In this document: positions 18,683 through 27,700 of the stretch, piece by piece
Layout of the letters: each line of letters opens with the position of its first letter
Position numbering within the stretch: the first letter of the stretch is position 1
Virus record (IMG/VR): IMGVR_UViG_3300048574_000474
Coordinates: 1-32,418 of that record
DNA length: 32,418 nt
Reading direction: 5' to 3' (one strand)
Origin: a virus
Lineage: Duplodnaviria > Caudoviricetes
Made by a program: the position numbers and the translations under genes
Notes under the pieces: model-generated
Told to the model about the DNA's origin: nothing
What the model saw: the letters and a program-made list of their open reading frames with translations, nothing else
Database searches by the model: none

Positions 18683-19948
18683 ATGATACAAGAGTTTTCT
18701 GTAGAAAATTTCTTATCTTTTGGAGAGAAGCAAACAATATCATTTGAGGCATCCTCAGATACGAAACACGCTGATTCTCTTATACGAGAGCCAAAACCTG
18801 GAGTCCGATTACTGCGTGTTGGAGTGATTTATGGTGCAAATGCATCGGGAAAAACAAATTTACTAAAAGCAATTGAGTCGCTTTGGATAATGCTTTTTAG
18901 ACCACTACATAATGAAAACGAAAAAGTTCATGTTTATAGACCATTTGAGTTAAGAAAAGGGGAACCTACACGATTTGAAATAGTCTTCTGGGCGAATAAA
19001 AGAAAATATGAATATACCCTTGAATATAATCAAACCAGTGTTCTATATGAAAAAATGACATACACTAGCGATAAAGGTGTTCAATCTGATTTATATGAAA
19101 GAAAAAAGGGTGAGTTAATTAAGTTTGGCAGTACCATAGGCATGAAGGCTAAGCAGAAGGATGCCTTTAATAAAGATACTTTGTCAAATCATACCGTTTT
19201 ATCTACAATTAATAAAAAGAATATTGACGCTCCAGTCTATTTCGTTGAATTAAATGATTGGTTAAAAAACTTTGTCCATGAATTAGGTATATATATAGGC
19301 GGTTCTGAAATAGCCGAACAAGCTGTCGAGAATCCTAAGATGAAAGATTTCATTTTGGATCTTCTTAACAAGGCTGATTTTAATATAAGTGATTTTAATA
19401 TTATTACTATTGAAAGATCAGATGATGAATTGAATTATATTCGAAATGATAATACTTTGCCAGATAAGATTAAATCTAGATTGCTTGAACCACAAAGGCA
19501 ACTAATCTTTGATCATAAAACAATCAATGGTGAAATGAAAATATCTTTTGGTTTAGAGTCAAATGGATCCAGAGTATATTTTCGCTTAGCCCGATTGCTT
19601 TATGATTTGAAATCTTGTGGTTGCATTATAATGGAAGATGAATTAGAGGACAGTTTACACTACGATTTATTAGAACATTATTTGCAAACCTTTATTCAAA
19701 CAGATAGTTCTTCTCAATTAATTTTTACAACTCATAATCAAATGCTACTTGATGAAGATTGGTTAATAAGAAGAGATATGGTATGGTTTGTTGAAAAGGA
19801 TCGTAATACTGCATATTCATACTTATATAGAGCCTCCGATCAAGGTATTCATAAGAATGTATCATTATTTAATGCCTATAAGATAGGGAAATTAGGAGCA
19901 AAACCAGTTTTAGGATCAACGCTATTGAATAATGAAAACAATGAATAG
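18683..19948 (+). CDS. ABC-type AAA_21 ATPase (RloA/AbiLi-like)
   Basis: FSVENFLSF, Walker A GANASGKT, signature ESNG, Walker B IIMEDE, FTTH. Upstream -7 box TATATTTG at 18644. Confidence 0.9.
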   Translation: MIQEFSVENFLSFGEKQTISFEASSDTKHADSLIREPKPGVRLLRVGVIYGANASGKTNLLKAIESLWIMLFRPLHNENEKVHVYRPFELRKGEPTRFEIVFWANKRKYEYTLEYNQTSVLYEKMTYTSDKGVQSDLYERKKGELIKFGSTIGMKAKQKDAFNKDTLSNHTVLSTINKKNIDAPVYFVELNDWLKNFVHELGIYIGGSEIAEQAVENPKMKDFILDLLNKADFNISDFNIITIERSDDELNYIRNDNTLPDKIKSRLLEPQRQLIFDHKTINGEMKISFGLESNGSRVYFRLARLLYDLKSCGCIIMEDELEDSLHYDLLEHYLQTFIQTDSSSQLIFTTHNQMLLDEDWLIRRDMVWFVEKDRNTAYSYLYRASDQGIHKNVSLFNAYKIGKLGAKPVLGSTLLNNENNE

Positions 19949-20570
19949 AAGACCTTATGCTGTATCTGTAATTGGTGAAGGTATAACTGAAAAGTTCTAT
20001 ATTGAATCAATAAGACACCTGTCCCCCTTTATAATTACACCTAAATCACTAGATAAAAAAGCATCTAGTCTAAAAGATTTAGAAAAATATATCAAGGATT
20101 CAATTAAGTCTGGATTTGATGCTGTTTTTTGTTTAATTGATATGGATGGAAAAAGGAATGGAAAAGCTAAAGATGACTATCAAAGACTAAAGGAAAAATA
20201 CAACGATAAAATTTTTGAAAAAAAAACCAAAGGCATTAAATGCCGGGTCGTTTTTTTTGAAACTGAACGTTGTATCGAATTGTGGTTTCTATACCATTTT
20301 ACCAAATCTGCTATAACAAAAGAATTTAAGAGTTACGATGAATTGGAAAGTGAGCTTAGAAAATTCAGGCCGAATTATGAGAAAACATCTAAGTATTTCA
20401 AATCAATTGCAAGTTTGCATAATGAAATGACAGTTGCACGACAACCTAATGGTTCAATTGAAAAAGCGAAGAAGAATGCTGAAACCGGAATGACTTCAAA
20501 AAATATGGACAATCGAGAAACAACATATAGTGAAATGCACTTATTTCTTGAATCATTGGGAATTGAATAA
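19932..20570 (+). CDS. rloB: RloB-family TOPRIM-like protein
   Basis: Motifs GEGITEKFY, CLIDMD and CIELWFLYHF. Overlaps the ATPase gene. Confidence 0.88.
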   Translation: MKTMNRRPYAVSVIGEGITEKFYIESIRHLSPFIITPKSLDKKASSLKDLEKYIKDSIKSGFDAVFCLIDMDGKRNGKAKDDYQRLKEKYNDKIFEKKTKGIKCRVVFFETERCIELWFLYHFTKSAITKEFKSYDELESELRKFRPNYEKTSKYFKSIASLHNEMTVARQPNGSIEKAKKNAETGMTSKNMDNRETTYSEMHLFLESLGIE

Positions 20571-20584
20571 TTTTTTTTCACTTT

Positions 20585-20625
20585 ATAGAAAACCCCGATT
20601 CCATTTAAGTTTCGGGGTTTTCTAT
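20585..20625. terminator. 14-bp stem hairpin / terminator
   Basis: ATAGAAAACCCCGA-N13-TCGGGGTTTTCTAT. Confidence 0.7.
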
Positions 20626-20660
20626 GTGTTTTCAGAACTATAAATATAATTCCAATTCAC

Positions 20661-21749
20661 ATGAGACACTTATACATAATCGGTAATGGCTTTGATTTAA
20701 ATCACGGATTAAAAACCAGTTATAAGGATTTTATTACATGGTATCTTAATAAAAAGATTGATAGTCTGATAAATGGCCAATTGGAAAGAAACAGCGATGG
20801 CCAAATTGATGATAATGATGGCCTGATCCATATTAAACACAGAATTCCACTTACTCTTCATCAAGAAAATTATTCAATTTCGGAACCAAAGGATTTTTTT
20901 GAGATCATAAATAAAATTAGTTCACATCAGTACGCCGGTTTTTCCTTTACTAAATCTTGGTTCTTAGATGATATTGTCAAAAGGAATGGATGGTCAGATA
21001 TAGAAAGGTTGTATTACACGTCTATGGTCAATATCCACTCCATGACTAATGTAAAAAGGGGGAATAGTGTTTTCCCCTATTCAATAAAGGGTTTAAATAG
21101 CTGTTTTGAATCACTAAAGAAAGAGCTAAGTGAATATATGAGAGGCAAAATTCTAGATGATATAATAAAGGTGACTCCTTCTGATATTTTAGAGTATTGT
21201 CTTGCATATTATCCTTTAAAGGGGTCAACTTTCAATCTTACTGAAGGGGATAAATTATTTTTGATATTCAACTATACACCAACAATTGATCTTTATAAAT
21301 CCGTGATTTCAGGCAATCCTCAATATGTCTATATTCACGGATTTACGACTGATCTTGAGAATCCAATGATATTTGGCTACGGAGATGAAATGGATAGCTA
21401 CTATAAAAAGTTGGAGGATGAAGATGATGACGATTATTTGACAAATATGAAGACCTTTGGGTACTTGAAAGTGGACAATTATCAGAAAGTTAAAGAATTC
21501 ATGGATGAAGGAGACGAAGGTGTTTATGTCCATTCTTTAGGTCATTCTTTTGGGTTATCAGACAGATTGCTTTTGAATAGAATATTTGAACATGAGAATT
21601 GCAGAAAAATTGAGATCAATTATTATGTTGATGAGAATGGTGAAGATGATTATCACAAATTATCAATAAAAATATCGAGACATTTTAAAGATAAATCATT
21701 GATTATGGATAGAGTATTCTCTAAGAGACAATCAAGGCCAATGAATTAA
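20661..21749 (+). CDS. abiH: AbiH-family abortive infection protein
   Basis: Motifs LYIIGNGFDLNHGLKTSY, FNYT, YIHG, IFGYGDE and GHSFGLSD. Confidence 0.9.
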   Translation: MRHLYIIGNGFDLNHGLKTSYKDFITWYLNKKIDSLINGQLERNSDGQIDDNDGLIHIKHRIPLTLHQENYSISEPKDFFEIINKISSHQYAGFSFTKSWFLDDIVKRNGWSDIERLYYTSMVNIHSMTNVKRGNSVFPYSIKGLNSCFESLKKELSEYMRGKILDDIIKVTPSDILEYCLAYYPLKGSTFNLTEGDKLFLIFNYTPTIDLYKSVISGNPQYVYIHGFTTDLENPMIFGYGDEMDSYYKKLEDEDDDDYLTNMKTFGYLKVDNYQKVKEFMDEGDEGVYVHSLGHSFGLSDRLLLNRIFEHENCRKIEINYYVDENGEDDYHKLSIKISRHFKDKSLIMDRVFSKRQSRPMN

Positions 21750-21833
21750 ATGTCACATTATCTAGTTTCTATTGAGTTTATTTATTTGCATTTGAAAAAT
21801 TAATGAGAGTTAAAACTTTAACCACCATAAATT

Positions 21834-22385
21834 ATGAGAACATTTTTAATCTTAATCTTGAGTTTTGTTTGCTTATCTATTAATGCTCAGTTTGTTGCCA
21901 CTCCAACCGGCCTGAGATGTTCAGAGAATCAGAACAATTCCTACCTTGTACTTACGTTTGAGGGTATTTCTGCGCATGACTTATATGCAAAATCACAGAA
22001 ATATGTTAACGAAAACAGAAAAGATGCAGCTGCATCAATAAAAGGAAACACGGTCGATGAGTATTTACGATTTTCGACCTATGCGCCTAGTTTTATCAAG
22101 TATAACAATGGCCCAATGACAAAAATCCCAATTAATGCAACCTATGATATAGAGTTGCGTTTTAAAGATGGGAAAGTTCGTTTCGAATTTGTGGATCTGA
22201 AAATGAATGCGGGCAATTATGACTTGAAATTCTCTGGTGGAATATTGTCCGGTTATGTGATTTATAAGAACAATGGAGATTTGTTTAAGAAAGAGGCTAA
22301 AGATGATGTGGAACGCTATTTTAATTCCGTCGTTTCCTCTTACGTCGAATTCATAAAAGGAACAAACAAAAACGAAGATTGGTAA
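21834..22385 (+). CDS. Secreted protein, DUF4468-like
   Basis: Signal peptide ending INA|Q. IELRFKDGKVRF motif. Confidence 0.7.
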   Translation: MRTFLILILSFVCLSINAQFVATPTGLRCSENQNNSYLVLTFEGISAHDLYAKSQKYVNENRKDAAASIKGNTVDEYLRFSTYAPSFIKYNNGPMTKIPINATYDIELRFKDGKVRFEFVDLKMNAGNYDLKFSGGILSGYVIYKNNGDLFKKEAKDDVERYFNSVVSSYVEFIKGTNKNEDW

Positions 22386-22508
22386 CTTTTTCACACCGCA
22401 AGCATACAACCTATTGATTTAAGTTGTATGTTTGCCGTGCAGAACTTTTACAGGGGAGAATTCCCCCACCTTTGGACAGGTGGTTTTTTTATGTCCAAAA
22501 AGTACATG

Positions 22509-22581
22509 GCGGTGCCATTTAACGAGCCGTAGACCGGCAATTCCCCCTAGTGAGAGTTCTGCAGCGTTAAGTGAGCACCGC
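22509..22581 (+). ncRNA. Putative c4/CI-like antisense RNA (about 73 nt)
   Basis: Outer stem GCGGTGC-CATTTAACG/CGTTAAGTG-A-GCACCGC, inner hairpin GCCG/CGGC. The loop is complementary to both an upstream and a downstream target. Confidence 0.6.
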
Positions 22582-22617
22582 TTCCTTGTGCTCCAAAATA
22601 AAAAATGCAGAACTCTC

Positions 22618-22854
22618 ATGAAAAAGAACAACACTGTTGCCGCTCCGGTGACTACCCGCAGGGTGCTATCCATGCGGAAAATGGGGAAAGCCCTCGAGAT
22701 CTTACAAAACAACGTTACCAAACTTGGTGAAGAAGACACAAAAACTGTTGAATCCACGGTTGTGGCCACTTCATCCGGGTTTATGATCAACTTCCTTGGC
22801 GATGACTTTAATCTGTCCATCAACCTGGTCACCACGAAAGGAGGTATATCATGA
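22618..22854 (+). CDS. Small hypothetical protein under putative antisense control
   Basis: ATG at 22618 overlaps the antisense target. ATGA overlap with the next gene. Confidence 0.6.
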   Translation: MKKNNTVAAPVTTRRVLSMRKMGKALEILQNNVTKLGEEDTKTVESTVVATSSGFMINFLGDDFNLSINLVTTKGGIS

Positions 22855-23039
22855 AAACACGTGCATACATCTCCCGAAATGTGATTGTTGATGAAGACCC
22901 AGCATACAATCAGGATCTATACTTCATTAATGCCAATGAATGTGAGATTGGTGAGCTCTCTTTTGATCAGTTGGTGAATATTCATAAGCTAATTGGTGAG
23001 CAGATTGAAAAAACGATGAATGAAAGTAAATCGAACTAG
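22851..23039 (+). CDS. Small hypothetical protein
   Basis: AAGGAGG Shine-Dalgarno sequence upstream; coupled start. Confidence 0.65.
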   Translation: MKTRAYISRNVIVDEDPAYNQDLYFINANECEIGELSFDQLVNIHKLIGEQIEKTMNESKSN

Positions 23040-23041
23040 CT

Positions 23042-23248
23042 ATGGCCACACTCGTTTATTGTATTCATTCAGACTCGATGGCCTCTGGGCTTCAAGTAGC
23101 GCTGGATCTTTATACTGCGGCCGGGATCTCTCCCAAAATTTTGACAGACAACATAACAACAGTTTCGTTTGATTTGGGTGATGCTGCCGGTGTAGTATAT
23201 GAAAGACTCACCGAATCCGATTATATTCAAAGGCATCAAATCGATTGA
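23042..23248 (+). CDS. Small hypothetical protein
   Basis: Starts 2 nt after the previous stop and is followed by a hairpin. Confidence 0.6.
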   Translation: MATLVYCIHSDSMASGLQVALDLYTAAGISPKILTDNITTVSFDLGDAAGVVYERLTESDYIQRHQID

Positions 23249-23269
23249 TTTTTATCTTCCACTCCTGAT

Positions 23270-23306
23270 TAAGCCCAACCGGTTAACCGCCCGTTGGGCT
23301 TATTTA
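23270..23306 (+). terminator. Terminator-like hairpin
   Basis: TAAGCCCAAC..GTTGGGCTTA followed by TTT. Confidence 0.6.
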
Positions 23307-23320
23307 TGCATTGAAAAAAA

Positions 23321-23378
23321 ATGATAGTAAAAAATATATCATTTTATTTGGTGAATGATAGTGTATATACTATCTTTG
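23321..23378 (+). promoter_or_regulatory. hicAB promoter with palindromic operator(s)
   Basis: TTTG (23347)-N20-TATCTTTG (23371). Palindrome GATAGT-GTATAT-ACTATC at 23357-23374, with a related site at 23321-23342. Confidence 0.75.
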
Positions 23379-23399
23379 TGAGTAAGAAAAAACATTTGA

Positions 23400-23594
23400 A
23401 TGAACCCATTAAAAGTTTCAGAATTAATTCGATTGTTGGAGGCTGATGGTTGGTATCTATGCACAACAAAAGGTGATCACCGGCAGTATAAGCATCCCAA
23501 AAAGAAAGGAAAGGTCACATTGAGAGGAAAGCCCAGCCTAACTTTGGATCAGTTTCTTTTGAATAGCATATTCAAACAAGCAGGGTGGCGTTGA
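23400..23594 (+). CDS. hicA: HicA toxin (mRNA interferase)
   Basis: LEADGWY..KGDHRQYKHP..KGKVT..SIFKQAG. Confidence 0.92.
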   Translation: MNPLKVSELIRLLEADGWYLCTTKGDHRQYKHPKKKGKVTLRGKPSLTLDQFLLNSIFKQAGWR

Positions 23595-23606
23595 GCCCCC
23601 TGCTTG

Positions 23607-23723
23607 AAGACCGATAAGACCGATAAGACCGATAAGACCGATAAGACCGATAAGACCGATAAGACCGATAAGACCGATAAGACCGATAAGACCGATAAGA
23701 CCGATAAGACCGATAAGACCGAT
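23607..23723. repeat. Perfect tandem repeat (AAGACCGAT)13
   Basis: 117 bp made of 13 identical 9-mers between hicA and hicB. Confidence 0.97.
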
Positions 23724-23737
23724 AAAAACGTAAGAAC

Positions 23738-24136
23738 ATGTATAAAGTTAAAATTAAAATTGTGTGGAATGAAAACTATGGTGCGATGGTGGACCTTCTT
23801 CCCGGATGTGTTGCTGTTGATGAAACACTTTCAGGAGTAAAAGAAGGTATTCGCACGGCAATTCAACTGCATCTTGACACGATGAAAGAAGATGGAGATG
23901 AAATTCCTGCTCCGTTTAACTCGGATTACGATCTTATTTTTGAATTGGACATTAGGGCACTTCTACATCACTACGAAGGTGTAATTACTAGAACAGGCTT
24001 GAGCAAACTGACCGGAATTAATGAAAAGCAGTTGGGGCATTACGCTCAAGGAATCCGTAATCCACGCAAACAGCAACGCGATAAGATTGTTGATGGATTT
24101 CACAAAATTGGCAAAGACTTGTTGGAAGTAGAATAA
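23738..24136 (+). CDS. hicB: HicB antitoxin with C-terminal HTH
   Basis: LPGCVA..AIQLHLDTMKEDGDEIP and the HTH GLSKLTGINEKQLGHYAQG. Confidence 0.9.
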   Translation: MYKVKIKIVWNENYGAMVDLLPGCVAVDETLSGVKEGIRTAIQLHLDTMKEDGDEIPAPFNSDYDLIFELDIRALLHHYEGVITRTGLSKLTGINEKQLGHYAQGIRNPRKQQRDKIVDGFHKIGKDLLEVE

Positions 24137-24167
24137 CCACTTTTATTGTAGACTTAATATTGTTTAT

Positions 24168-24199
24168 CCCCGGTACCTTACGGTATCGGGGCTTTTTTT
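24168..24199 (+). terminator. Intrinsic terminator after hicB
   Basis: CCCCGGTACC-TTAC-GGTATCGGGG-CTTTTTTT. Confidence 0.85.
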
Positions 24200-24234
24200 G
24201 TCCTTTCTATAGGCCTTTGACGCAGGTATTTTTG
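24200..24234 (+). promoter_or_regulatory. Late promoter motif, copy 3
   Basis: GTCCTTT-N20-TATTTTTG upstream of the tail genes. Confidence 0.65.
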
Positions 24235-24254
24235 ATTTGAATACCAGCTCAAGT

Positions 24255-24707
24255 ATGGCAGAAATCACACAAAAAGATATCGAATATCTCTTTCAAGAAG
24301 AGGTGCTATCTCAGCATGGAGAGTATCTGATTGATCTATTGGTCGAGACTCTACAGGAGAAGAATATCCGTGTGACGGATGAGCTGATGGATGTCCTCAA
24401 CTATACCAATTTCAAAGAGGGAATAAACCGTGGACTGCGCGTAAACTTCTTTACCTACGGCCGGTTTATTGAAATCAGGAAACACAAAAAACGTGGCCGA
24501 AACCTGATGGATACCAACACCAATTCTCTGCTTTGGGGTATTAAAGAAAATCGAACTAAGCCGAGGAGCAAAGACACTGACTGGTATTCAAAGAATGCCT
24601 ATGGAACGCTCAATAGGCTTATCTCAGTCCTTATGTATGAACTTTCTGACCAAGAGGTCGCCCGTATCAAAGGCATCCTTGAAAACCGCATAAACATTTC
24701 CGTATGA
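24255..24707 (+). CDS. Putative tail completion / neck protein
   Basis: FFTYGRFIEI and WYSKNAY motifs. Coupled to the tape measure gene. Confidence 0.55.
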   Translation: MAEITQKDIEYLFQEEVLSQHGEYLIDLLVETLQEKNIRVTDELMDVLNYTNFKEGINRGLRVNFFTYGRFIEIRKHKKRGRNLMDTNTNSLLWGIKENRTKPRSKDTDWYSKNAYGTLNRLISVLMYELSDQEVARIKGILENRINISV

Positions 24708-27700
24708 GCTTAAAGATTGACCGCGTAGAATTAGAGATCGTAATTAAAAATGATTCTAACCGAAAGCAGCTCAGGCAGCTTGAAGATGACATGCGCAATA
24801 TTCGAAAGGAGATGCGTAAGCTCCCAAAAGAATCTGAAGAGTGGACCAAAAAGAAAGCAGAACTCGAACAGTTGCATCAAAAATACGATGCGATTTACGA
24901 GAAAATTGGTTTGACCGGTCTTAGTCTGAAGGAGCTTAAAAAACGCCAGCAGGAGCTAAACTCCATCATAGGACATCTACCTGGTGACAGCCCTTTGCTA
25001 GATAAATACAAGAAACAAGCAACCGAAGTCAGTGCCCGGATTCGGGAACTCAACGGTAACGCAAAGCAGACAGGCCTTTCGCTATCTAGTATGGCTAATG
25101 GTTTCAATAAATACTTTACCATGGGCACCGCTGCGATTGCTACAGTCACCGGCCTCTCTTTTGCTTTACGTAAAGTTCGTGATAGTGCCGCTGAATTTGA
25201 CGAAGCATATGCCGACGTTATGAAGACCACTCAGATGTCTGGAGACGAAGTGCACACGTTGAACGAAGAACTCAAGAAAATAGATACACGGACCTCACGC
25301 GAGGAACTCAACAAAATAGCTGAAGAAGGTGGTCGTATTGGGATAGCTAAAGAGGATATTCTTGGATTTACAAAAGCGATGGATGTGGCCAATGTTGCGC
25401 TTGGTGATAGTTTCCCAAGTGTCGATGAAATTGCATCAAAGCTGGGTAAGCTGAAGCAGCTTTTTGGTGAGACAAAAGAGATGGAGGTAGAGAAGGCTTA
25501 CCTGTCTATCGGTTCGGCCATCAACGATTTAGGAGCAAACGGTAATGCTACCGAAGAAAATATTGCGGATTTCACCACCCGGATGGGATCGCTTCCGGAT
25601 GCCATTAAGCCCTCAATTGCTGACACCTTAGCTCTTGGCGCTGCTTTTGAGGAAAGTGGTATCGAATCCGAAGTCTCCTCACGTGCCTACAATATTTTCA
25701 TGAAACAAGCCGCCACCAATGCCGATAAGTTTGGCAAGGTGATGGGCAAGAGTCGCCAGGAAGTTGAGGATCTTATCAATGCCAACCCTCTCGAGTTCTT
25801 TCTCCAGTTCTCTGAGTCAATGAAGGGGATGAATGCCACTGAAACAGCCAAAACCCTTGAAGCACTTGGAGTCAATGCGGATGGAGCAAACAAGGCGATT
25901 GGCGCTGCTGCCAACAATACAGCTCGTTTTCGCGAACTTATCAATTTGTCCAATAAGTCTTTCAAAGATGGAACCTCAGTGTTGAATGAATTCAACATCA
26001 AGAATCAAACCATGAATGCCTTGAAAGAAAAAGCCATCAAATCATTTAAAGATGAGACAGAAGCTTTAGGGAAACAACTCAACCCGATTTTTTTGCAATC
26101 CACCAATCTTGCCACCCTTTTTATTCGGATTTTGGTGAAGTTGCCAGCGATCATAAAAGACAATTGGCAGTGGATTGTTGCTTTGACTTTTGCGGTTTCC
26201 GCGTATGCCATATCGGTGAGTAAAGCTACGATCGCAGCCAAGGCCGATGTCGCCTGGAAGAAAATTCAAGAACTATGGACGAATCGAGTGGCCATTGCTC
26301 AGAAGATGCTCAATTTCGCATTGAAAGACAACCCCATCGGATTAATTGTTACTCTCATTTCGTTACTCGTCGCAGGATTCATCACCTGGTACAATCATAG
26401 TGTGAAGGTTCAAGCCGTAACTCAAGGGCTGTTTGCCTCCATCAAAGCACTAGCAAAAAACTTGGTAGGCTTTTGGACCGGTGTCTGGAAAGTTATTTCC
26501 GGTGCCGCAACCCTTGATCCAAAACGAATGAAGGAAGGCGTTGACGCCATGAAGGATGCATTCATGTCGTTTGGTGATGATGTGGCAACAGCATATCAAA
26601 AGGCCTATGAAGAGCGAATGAAGAAGTGGAAATCAGATCAAAAAAATCCTAAACCGACCACACCACAAAAACCAAGATCACCCATTACACCGGTGATTAC
26701 ACCCGATGACTCTACAACAGGAACACCACTTCAGGCTCCCTCCACTACGAATTCCGCGGAAAAGAAAAAGGTGGATAATACACTCACTGAACTTGATACC
26801 AAGAATCTTGAAGCAATCTCCAAAATCAAAGAGCGCTTCCGGGATAATGAGATCTCATCCGAAGTAGAATACAATCGTCTTTTGCTTGAACAGCAAGATG
26901 CTTTTGATGCTGATCGTAAAAAGAAGCTTAAGGAACTCCTAAAAACCATCTCGGATCCGGCTTTAAAAACAGACCTTCTAAATCAGATCGCCGAAATTGA
27001 TAAAGCGGTACTCGATCGACAGATTGAGCAGAATGCAAAAATTAAGAAGATCATACTTGAAGCCGATCCCCGACGGGCAGAGGAACAAGAATATGAAAAC
27101 CGTTTGCGAGAGACTGGGCTTTTTGGGATCAAGAAGGAGCAGATGACAGCAGAACAACTTGAAGCGTTTAAGTTGCTTGAGGAACAACATCGCGAAAAGA
27201 TGCGTAAACTATCTTCAAAAGATGCTGCACTCGCTTTGGATCAGCTTGAGACCGATCAGGCCAAGGCTGAAGCTCTTTTGGCCGATAGGCGGGTGAAAGA
27301 AAGGATGAGTGATTCACAGTTCAAAGATGAACAGCTCGCTCTTGAGCTGGAGTTTCTTCGAAAAAGGCTTCTTATCCAAGGCCTTTCTGCCGAACAGGTT
27401 GAGACCATCACCAAACAGATACAAGAAAAACAAAATGAGATTATGCTTAAGGGTGTAGATTCCCGTGAGTCTATCCTTCAGAAATATGGTCTTGATACAT
27501 TAAAAAGTCAGAAAGAGTCGGAACTTTCACTCATTCAGTATTATGAGGATAAGGGGATAATCACCCACGAGGAAGCACTAAAAGTAAAAAAGAAACTATC
27601 CGATGAACATTTCCGGGCACTCCTGGAAAAGACCTCAGAATACTTTGATGCTGCCGGTAACGTGGCCTCTCAAGCATCCGGAGCAATCAATGGTTTGCAG

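Noticed and set aside
22432-22854. 140-aa long version of the ORF, and antisense ORF 22419-22835
   Set aside because: The TTG start lies within the promoter box and the 5' part crosses the structured RNA. ATG 22618 is the more plausible start.
23607-23723. CRISPR array or type III toxin-antitoxin RNA repeats
   Set aside because: The units are identical 9-mers with no spacers and are far shorter than ToxI-type repeats. No cas or toxN-like gene is present.
23604-23840. 78-aa KTD-repeat ORF as a gene
   Set aside because: It has a TTG start, is a by-product of the repeat and overlaps hicB out of frame. Kept only as a hypothesis in the finding.
26640-26760. Pro/Thr-rich stretch in the tape measure as an insertion or intein
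   Set aside because: It is an in-frame low-complexity linker with no splicing motifs.
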